Assembly: GCA_008632985.1 (NCBI GenBank)
Contig: QPGO01000077.1
Location: forward strand, 357,694-377,693
From: Psammoneis japonica
Taxonomy: Eukaryota
Reading direction: 5' to 3'
DNA: 20,000 bases
Shown here: piece by piece, positions 1-8,360 of the stretch
Layout: the number at the start of each line of letters is the position of its first letter
Numbering within the stretch: position 1 is the first letter of the stretch
Notes under the pieces: generated by a model
The model's database searches: none
What the model saw: the letters and a program-made list of their open reading frames with translations, nothing else
Told to the model about the DNA's origin: nothing
Position numbers and translations under genes: made by a program

Positions 1-208
1 AAAGATCAGTTTTGGTTTTGATGCCATTTTGGATTTTGCCATTTATATTAGTCTAGTTTTTAGGACGTTCTGAGTTGCAAGTGTTGCGTCGTTGTGTAAG
101 TTGCATTCACATTATCGAAAAAGAGACCGCCGGAGGAATTGATCGTATTAACATAGGCACGGTTGCTTCGTTGTAGAGTCAAGAGAAGAATCGAAACGAT
201 ACAGAAAA

Positions 209-756
209 ATGGACAATCTCGCACCAGCGCAACTCGACCCGAGCGAAATCCCGGAAGGATTTACCGCGGCTTCAGCGGGAGGCGATAATGAAAAGCAGGC
301 CGAGACACAGAGCCGTGAAGCACAAAAGCAAGCCATCTTGGAACAAGCTCTTACACCGGAGGCTCTTGAAAGGCTAAGACGAATCAAGGTGAGTCTGGTG
401 GCTATTGCAAAACAAGTATCTGTGTCGCATCGCGTGTTGTGTATGTAATGTGATGCTTGTCAGCATATTCAATATTTTTGTAAGTCACCTCACGAAGCGA
501 CGTATTGTTTGTGATTTCCCTCTTGTCTTTTGCTAAGCTCGTGAAAGTCGACAAAGCAAACAAAATCGAATCCATGATTGTAGCAATGGCCATGCAGGGA
601 AAGCTACCAGGGAGAATCAACGAGGGAAAATTAATTGAAATGTTGGAGGGATTGGGAGCCCAGCAGGGTGCAACTGGTGAAAACAAAATATCGATTCAAC
701 GAAAGAAATACGCATTCGATTCCGACGACGATGATGATGACGACGATTTGCTGTAA
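209..756 (+). CDS. PDCD5: Programmed cell death protein 5 (PDCD5/TFAR19 family), 2 exons
   Basis: Exons 209-388 and 538-756; intron 389-537 (GTGAGT...TAAG, phase 0). The spliced protein reads ...ILEQALTPEALERLRRIK|LVKVDKANKIESMIVAMAMQGKLPGRINEGKLIEMLE...KISIQRKK...DDDDD, matching the PDCD5 consensus with its acidic tail. Confidence 0.92.
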
Positions 757-976
757 GCTGCCGGAAACAACTCGCTTTCTGCAACCGCGCAGCGGAAGAA
801 TGAGGCTTTTGTCTAGCACGAGTGTGTTATCAAATATGCATTGGAAAAAGTATTCAAATTTTCGTTTGTTCCTTCATCTCTTTTTCTGCAATGATGGCAT
901 TAATATCTTAGCTTCTTTAGGTTGTTTTCGGGACGCACTCCGGCTTGCACTTTGTATGCCTGCTTGGTCATTACAG

Positions 977-1657
977 TTACACCGCTGCATTGGCGCTCAC
1001 CGGTTCGACGCGAAGTTGACCTACGGGAATTTCCTCGTAGATATCAACAGTTGCTCCGCCAAATGGATCTGCTTTGACAGTCTCCATTTCCCGTACATTC
1101 AGAGTTGCTCCCTTCAATGACACTTCTCCGCTGTCCTTGTCACGAACATGAGTTATTTGAGCGAACAGTTTAAGCGGCTTTACGGAATCGTTATCTTCCC
1201 CAGGAAGTGCAACACTGCCGGTTTCCAGCTGGAGTAGCATATATGGGTAGAGAGGTTCCTGGAATAGCCCCCAAATCCACAGCCCGTCCTTGCGGTCTTC
1301 TGGATCTTCTGACAGTTTCCAAAACCCGTTTGTGATTGTCAGCGTTTTTGAAGCGCCACTTTCGCCAGTTTGATCAGCAGCCACCTGACGCACATTGCCT
1401 TGTGGTGGTTCGTAACCTTCGTCTTCCAAAAACTGGGCTTCCACAACAAAGAGCTGGTCGACCTTTTTACCGAGTTCTGTTGGGATACCATTCAACGAAA
1501 AGGAGAGTTTCCAGGTAGTCTCGTCCGTCAGCGTAGCCTTGGCCGATAAAGGTGTTGTCGAGAAGGCTCTAGACTGCGTGGGAACTTGCGGAGTGGTAAA
1601 CCCATATACTGAGCTTGCTGTCGACAGCACCAACAGAATGACGAGAAACGATAGCAT
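977..1657 (-). CDS. Protein of unknown function, probably plastid-targeted (226 aa, bipartite presequence)
   Basis: ATG at 1657 opens a hydrophobic signal peptide (MLSFLVILLVLSTASSVYG), followed by F at +1 and a Ser/Thr-rich, acid-free transit-like stretch (FTTPQVPTQSRAFSTTPLSA), an ASAFAP-type arrangement. The body looks globular (FWKLSEDPEDRKDGLWIWGLFQEPLYP). The ORF extension to 1831 starts at a non-ATG codon and was not accepted. Confidence 0.75.
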   Translation of the reverse strand: MLSFLVILLVLSTASSVYGFTTPQVPTQSRAFSTTPLSAKATLTDETTWKLSFSLNGIPTELGKKVDQLFVVEAQFLEDEGYEPPQGNVRQVAADQTGESGASKTLTITNGFWKLSEDPEDRKDGLWIWGLFQEPLYPYMLLQLETGSVALPGEDNDSVKPLKLFAQITHVRDKDSGEVSLKGATLNVREMETVKADPFGGATVDIYEEIPVGQLRVEPVSANAAV

Positions 1658-2149
1658 TTGTCTAAAAAGTTCGAGATGCTTTTTCAGACCAGTTGAACAC
1701 CAAACAAAACACCGCGTTTCCAAAGCAACCGCTAACGTTTCTGCCAACAGCTGTCGCCGGTTTCCAGTGCTCGCCAATGAGATGTAGGAAATGAAAGTCC
1801 TTATTCTGTAGTTGAACGAATGCGGCAACATAAGAGGTGAGCTGACGAGCGAGCGCGAGTTCAGAGTGATGAAAAGTTGTGAGTCAGTCGCGGGAGAGAT
1901 GGATGAAGATAACCCGGAAGGTACGTTACTTTGTCCCCAAGTTGCGTAGAACTTGGTACGTTTCTACCTGGGTCGTGGGTTTTGGTCGCGTGAGTTCGAT
2001 GATGGCGGGGCGGGAGTGATGAGTGATGTTGATGTCAAAAAGCAAAACGCGAAGAGGCAGAACAACACACATGTCAAAACGTGAACATGACAAGGCAGAA
2101 TACTCAACTGCTGTCAGCGCTCACGAGTATGTAGGACTGTCAACTTTCT

Positions 2150-4522
2150 ATGATGAGCACGAATAATATTGAAAAACCAGGTGATCCTCGATTGGGCAGC
2201 TTGCTGCATGAGGGGCTGAACGGTGACATTGTTTTTGTACTCTGGCCGTGTGATGAGGTATGCTAGAACGTTGCTCCGTTTGATGCGACTTGGTCTACCG
2301 TGCATAGATCCTAATCATTCATTGTGAATTGCGATGTATTTTATTTACAGGGTGTCAAGCGAAACGGGGGACGACTTGGTGCGGCAGGAGCGCCTGCGAG
2401 GTTTCTACAGTTTCTTAAAAGCATGGGAACTATCCATAATCCGGAGTATGACATCGATTTGTCATCCATTGAATTGTCGTATTATTTTGTCAACCTAAAA
2501 GATCTGGATTTTGACAAGGACAAAGGTGCATTGGACAAAGCGCACGATCGTCTAACGGAGATAGTATCCAAAGTGCTCGATTCGGGAGGAGTTCCCTTTT
2601 GTATCGGTGGAGGCAACGACCAATCATTTGCAAACTGGAGAGCTTGAGGCAGTCAGTGGCAAAAGGCTCCCGAATAGGAGTTGTGAACGTCGACGCTCAC
2701 TTGGATGTTCGGCCACTTGCCAATGGACAGCCTCATTCGGGTACGCCGTTTCGGCAAATTCTGGACTACGACGCCGCAGCCAGAGACGGGACAACAGTCT
2801 TGTGTGAATTCGCAGCTCAAGGCAGTCAGTGTAGCAAGGCCATGCGAACTATGTAACTTGCAGGGGAGGCTCGATAATGTGGTTGAGTCAAGTACGAACC
2901 GTCGCCATGTCCCACTTTAAAGATGTTTTGGCACGCCATCATGCCTCTGGCATAGACCATGAGTTCGTGTCATTCGACTTGGACGCGATCAAAGCTTCTG
3001 ACTGCCCCGGTGTCTCGTGCCCATCCAACACCGGTCTCACGGCAGAGGACGCAATAGGAATCATGAGAATGGCGGGGGAGGCAAGGCATGTAAAACTTGT
3101 GGACATGTCGGAAATGAATCCAAAGATTGAGGACTACATTACCCCTCGCCTTGCCGTGCAAATGGCGTATTCTTTTATTCTTGGCTACACGAAGCGCGAC
3201 CGCGAATCAGTTCCTTTGAAAGACCGACACTTGAGCATTCCGCATCGTCGGGCTTTTCGCCTTCGTATTTCCCACCTGAGTCAGTTAGTTTGCGTCGAAG
3301 ATGTTCAGAAACAGGGTTTCCGAACGGGCGAGCATATGAGGATACTCAACATTGTCGAGGATGGCACGATTCTTGTGGATCGGAATGGCCGCATTGCTTA
3401 TGCTGGTCCAGCCGAGGATGCTCCTGATGTTGACAAGGACGAAGTCGAACAGGAAATTGATGGAGAAGGCAAATCAGCCATACCTGGACTCTGTGATGGA
3501 CATACACATTCCTGTTGGGCTGGTGATAGAGTGAATGAATTTTCGATGAAGCTAGCGGGCGCCACTTACATGGATATTCACAAGAAAGGCGGGGGCATAG
3601 GCTTCACTGTCAAACACACCCAACAAACTGACGAAGCGAGCTTGTACACAAGTCTGATAGAGCGACTAGATGACATGAATAAGACTGGTACGACACTTGT
3701 GGAATGCAAAGCGGTTACGGGCTCGATGTTACGACTGAGCTAAAAATGCTGCGAGTAATTGATAAGGCTCATCACAATCTGGGGCACGTAGACGTTGTTG
3801 GGAATTTCTGTGGTGCGCACTCGATTCTACAAGGAATGACGGAGGAAGAAGCCTTGGATTGCGTAATAAACAAAATGATCCCGGCTTTGACTGAGGAGAA
3901 GAAACATGGTAGAATGGCCTCGACAAGGCTAATTGACGTGTTTGCAGAAGATGGGGTATTTAGCAACTCGTCGACAAAAGCTATTCTCGAAGCTGGAGCA
4001 CGAATTGGATTGCTCGGCAATTTTCACGGTGATGAACTCACGTATCAAGCATGCGGCGAACTGGCTGGAAAATTGAGGTGCCGCGCAGTGAGCCACCTAG
4101 AGCATGTCAGCGATGAAGGAATTTCAGCAATGGCAGAAAGCCATACGGCAGCTATACTTCTACCCACTACGGCCTATGTGCTAAGGATGAAGCCACCCCC
4201 TGCCCGTAAACTTATCGACAACGGGGTTCCCGTTGCTCTCGGCTCAGACTTCAATCCAAACGCCCACTGCTCATCCATGGCTCACGTGATGAATCTTGCA
4301 TGCGTCACGATGCATTTGTGTGTTGAAGAAGCCCTTGTTGCCAGCACGCTTAACGCAGCATACTCAATGGGCATGCAAGAGAGTCACGGCAGTTTGGAAG
4401 TCGGCAAGCACGGCGACATTGTACTTGTAAATGCTCGACGATGGGAGCACATCATTTATCAATTCGGTGGCATCCCGCCTTTGTTCGCCGTGATCAAAGA
4501 CGGAATCGTAAGACGTTTGTAA
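2150..4522 (+). CDS. hutG-hutI: Bifunctional formimidoylglutamase (HutG, arginase family) - imidazolonepropionase (HutI, amidohydrolase) fusion, ~760 aa after correcting three 1-bp frameshifts
   Basis: Exon 1 2150(or 2153)-2257 (GDPRLG...WPCDE), intron 2258-2350 (GTATGC...TTACAG), exon 2 2351-4522. HutG motifs: [52 protein letters not shown]. The same open frame (2877-3743) continues into HutI motifs PGLCDGHTH and [18 protein letters not shown]; after the third frameshift come ECKSGYGL, CGAH, FHGDEL, SHLE and ALGSDFNP. Frameshifts at ~2644, ~2840 and ~3710 could be assembly errors or pseudogenisation. Confidence 0.9.
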
Positions 4523-4561
4523 ATCCGTGTTATGCTGAGAGTTCTAGTTTACTTTGTGAGA

Positions 4562-7500
4562 TTAAAGGTGCTTCATTGGCATGTTAATGCTGTGCTTTCT
4601 CGCCGTTTCTTCTGCTTCTTCGTACCCAGCATCGACGTGGCGCATGACACCGGTAGCAGGGTCGCCTTGCAAGACTCGTCTCAAGCGCAACTCTGCTTCT
4701 TGTGTCCCATCAGCGACAATAACTTGTCCAGCATGAATAGATTTGCCAATGCCGACCCCACCTCCATGATGTATTGAAACCCAAGTTGCACCATTCACCG
4801 AATTTATCATGGCATTGAGCAGCGGCCAGTCAGCAATAGCGTCGGAACCGTCCTTCATACTTTCAGTTTCTCTGTTTGGCGAAGCGACAGAGCCGCAATC
4901 AAGGTGATCTCTCCCTATCACGATCGGTGCTGAGATTTTACCTTGGGCTACAAGTTGGTTGATGCGTACTCCAAACGCTTCTCGTTCGCCCATACCAAGC
5001 CAACAGATTCGACAAGGAAGCCCTTGGAATTGAACTTTTTCTTGAGCTTGATCAATCCAACGTCGAAGAGGTTCGTCATTAGGAAATAGCTCCTTCACAG
5101 CCTCGTCAGTCACCGCAATATCCCTTGGATCTCCTGATAAAGCAACCCACCGAAAGGGCCCACGACCACGACAGAACTGAGGACGAATGAAGAGGGGTAC
5201 AAATCCTTGAAACGAGAAAGCTTTTTCATAGCCACCTGCTTTCGCCTGACCACGAATATTGTTTCCATAGTCAAATACTACGGATCCCTTTTCTTTGAAG
5301 CCGACCATTGATCTAACTTGCTCCACCATTGACATGATCGACCGCTTTTTGTAGTCCTCGGGGTCGGACTTTCGAAGTCGAAGTGCCTCTGGGTAGCGCA
5401 TTCCATTTGGCACGTATCCGTTTAGTTCGTCGTGGGCAGAGGTTTGATCAGTCTAAACAGTTGCCACACGAGGACAGAGTTGAGGGCAATCGTTCCGCAG
5501 TAATGCATGAGAATCCTCAAAGGATGGGACTTACCACCACGTCGGGGATGATACCTCTTGCAAGTAGCGCGGGGAACACGTCTGCGGCGTTGGCGACAAC
5601 CCCGACAGACAAAGGAGTGTTGTTTGCCACTGCCTCTTGACACCACGAAATTGCTTCGTCTAGAGTCTCAGTGAGGCGATCCAAATACCGCGTCCTGATT
5701 CTGCGCTGGGCTCGATCCTTGTCTACTTCGACGCAGAGAGCCACGCCGCCGTTCATAGTGATAGCAAGTGGCTGAGCACCTATGGAATGAATGAATACGA
5801 AAATGTTGAGATCTGCCCGTGAAGAAAAAATGACGACACACAAAACAATTTGTAAGTTAGTCTACGAACCTCCCATTCCCCCGAGCCCTCCTGTGAGTAC
5901 CAGCCTACCAGCGAGAGTTCCATCGTAATGCTGCCTGGCTAATTCTGCAAGAGTCTCAAAGGTCCCCTGAAGAATTCCTTGGCTTCCGATATAAATCCAT
6001 GAACCAGCAGTCATTTGGCCATACATGATTAACCCTTTCGCTTCGAGTTCGCGGAAGTAATCCCAGGTCGCCCACGATGGGACAAGGTTGGAGTTTGCTA
6101 TTAGGACTCGTGGAGCATCACGGTGGCTTCGAACGACACCCACCGGCTTTCCAGACTGTACCAATAAAGTTTCATCATCCTCGAGCTCCGTTAGCACCTT
6201 TAGGATCGCGGTCAACGCTTCGTGGTTCCGTGCAGCCTTGCCGGTGCCTCCATACACAACAAGGTGGTCAGGGTCCTCTGCCACATCTGGGTCCAGGTTG
6301 TTCAAAAGCATGCGATACGCAGCCTCTTGTTGCCATCCTTTGCAGTGCATTGTCTTTTTGGGAGCCACCGTCCCGCCATTTATCTCGCTCTGACTTGCGG
6401 CATTAAGAGCGCATTGTACCGTCTTGGAGAGAATCCCGCTTCGCACTAGACGAGCCGCGGCCGCCATGTGCGGTGCCATCTCCACATCTTCTGGAAGAAA
6501 CGGAATGTTTGAGCGAACGAGATCATGTGCTGCGGATGTACCTCTCCCCATTTTGGCGTTACTACCAAGCTCTCGACGCCGATACTCGACACCTTGTGCT
6601 GCAGCCAACAATTCGATTCCCAGAATATTCTCAAGGTTTCGGAGGATACGTCTAGCTTGTCGAACCGAGATGGGACCATTGGACACGTGATCTTCCACGT
6701 TTGCTGAAGTGGGGAGGCTGTCGGCACTAGCAGGGAAACAAAGTGCCTTGTTTTCACTGGCCAGCGCTGCCGAAGTGTACTGTGTAAGCATAAACCCCGA
6801 ATTCAAGCCACCCTTTTCTGTCAGAAATGGAGGTAGAATACCATTATTGCTCGCCGGATCGGTAAGGCGATTCAGTCTCCGTTCCGAGATGTTTCCTATT
6901 TCAGTCATTGCGAGCGAGAGATCATCAAAGGTGAGTGCTAGGGGTTCCCCATGAAAGTTCCCACCGCTCTTGGCAACAGCGGATCCATCGTCTTGGAAAA
7001 AGATGAGCGGGTTGTCCGTAACACTGTTCAATTCAATGCTCAAAATCCGTCTCGCATTTTGAAAGGCGTCAGCACAAGCTCCGTGCACCTGCGGCATGCA
7101 TCGAAGCGAGTACGCGTCCTGAGGATCTTCTCCGAGATCGGAACGAACAAACGTGGATCCTTCCAATAGCGCTCGCAGCTCCCTTGCCGTTTCAATCTGA
7201 CTCGGGTGCGGACGAACCTTTTGAATGTCGGGATCAAGGGCTGCCGCGGTTCCGTATAACGCCTCCAACGACAACGCACCGGTAATGTTGGCCACGTGCG
7301 CACAATTCTCGGCTTCCACAATCGCTAAGCACCCCAACGCTGCCATCATGGCTGTACCGTTTGTCAATGCCAAACCTTCTTTTGCTTCCAACTCAACTGG
7401 TTTTAATTCTACTTTTGCCAATGCCTCGGCGCCAGCAAGGACTTTTCCGTCAACCACAGCTTTTCCTTCACCAATCATGACCAGCGACATGTGAGCCAAC

Positions 7501-7955
7501 GGAGCAAGGTCGCCACTCGCACCCAATGATCCTTGTCGGGGCACAATGGGATGAACCCTCCGTTCAATCATGTTTAGCAATAGTTCAAGAGTTGTCAGTC
7601 GTATACCAGAATACCCCGAAGCCAACGTGTTTGCCCGAATGAGCATCATGGCACGAACGGCGTCGGCTTCGAGAGGCTTGCCAACTCCGGCAGCATGAGA
7701 TCGAACAATGTTGCGTTGCAATTCTTTCAAATCAGCCTTTTCGATCAAGGTCTTTCGGAATGCTCCAAATCCTGTAGTGACACCATAGACCGTCTTGTTT
7801 TCGTTTACCATTTCTTGTACGGCCTCTGCACTCTTGTTGACCGCCTCAATCGCATCTCTTGACAGTCGCAACTTTACCGTCTCTTGTTCTGCTTTTGCAA
7901 TCGCCACCACATTTTCAATTGTCAGTTGATGTCCATCAATTGTTAGTTCCAACAT
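4562..7955 (-). CDS. hutH-hutU: Bifunctional histidine ammonia-lyase (HutH) - urocanate hydratase (HutU) fusion, 1073 aa, 3 exons
   Basis: Exons 7955-5870, 5779-5535 and 5452-4562; introns 5869-5780 (GTTCGT...CATAG) and 5534-5453 (GTAAGT...TTTAG). Splicing restores GGMG|GAQPLA and [12 protein letters not shown]. HutH motifs: VYGVTTGFG, the HAL-type RSHAAGVG, the MIO-forming [11 protein letters not shown] (7512-7520), [19 protein letters not shown]. After a short linker (~6351-6410) HutU begins: [77 protein letters not shown]. Confidence 0.96.
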
Positions 7956-8360
7956 TTTCTATTGTTTGATTGGAAGAAATGGGACTTGATGTGATGATGG
8001 CGGTGTCAGAATTTTTTGTCATTTTGGATTTTGCGACCCCAAAAAAAAATGAGAAGCGAATGCTCACGGATGACGGGCAGAACAGAGAGTTTCGGTGGTG
8101 TTCCCAAATTGTTTCCACGTTTGAGATTCCGGATTCCGATGAAAAGCTGAGGCAATGACGTGTTGAGTACTACAAAAAACGTATGATCTACATACGAGTT
8201 TCGCTGGTACTGATACCACGTAGCATCCGCCCACTTTTGGCCTCTTTCCAGCGCCTTCGACAAAGACAGAGCGTTTCACGGCCGTGCCGTTCTTGTGTTT
8301 TGTTTGGGCAATTGTTTTGATTTGTGAGCGAGCCAACGACGCCCGAGATTGACATCCATC

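Noticed and set aside
2150..7955. Bacterial contamination as the source of the hut genes
   Set aside because: Both genes have GT-AG introns that restore conserved motifs, and they are contiguous with clearly eukaryotic genes.
5870..7955. Phenylalanine/tyrosine ammonia-lyase assignment
   Set aside because: The RSHAAGVG specificity motif and fusion to urocanase indicate histidine ammonia-lyase.
25..8034. Identical 15-mer CATTTTGGATTTTGC at 25-39 and 8020-8034, both upstream of genes
   Set aside because: Low-complexity and T-rich; one such match in 20 kb is plausible by chance, and there is no third copy.
1998..8084. Short direct matches flanking the hut cluster (GATGATGGCGG at 1998 and 7993; GGCAGAACA at 2056 and 8076) as possible insertion boundaries
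   Set aside because: Only 9-11 bp with different spacing; no terminal inverted repeats, target-site duplication or transposase seen.
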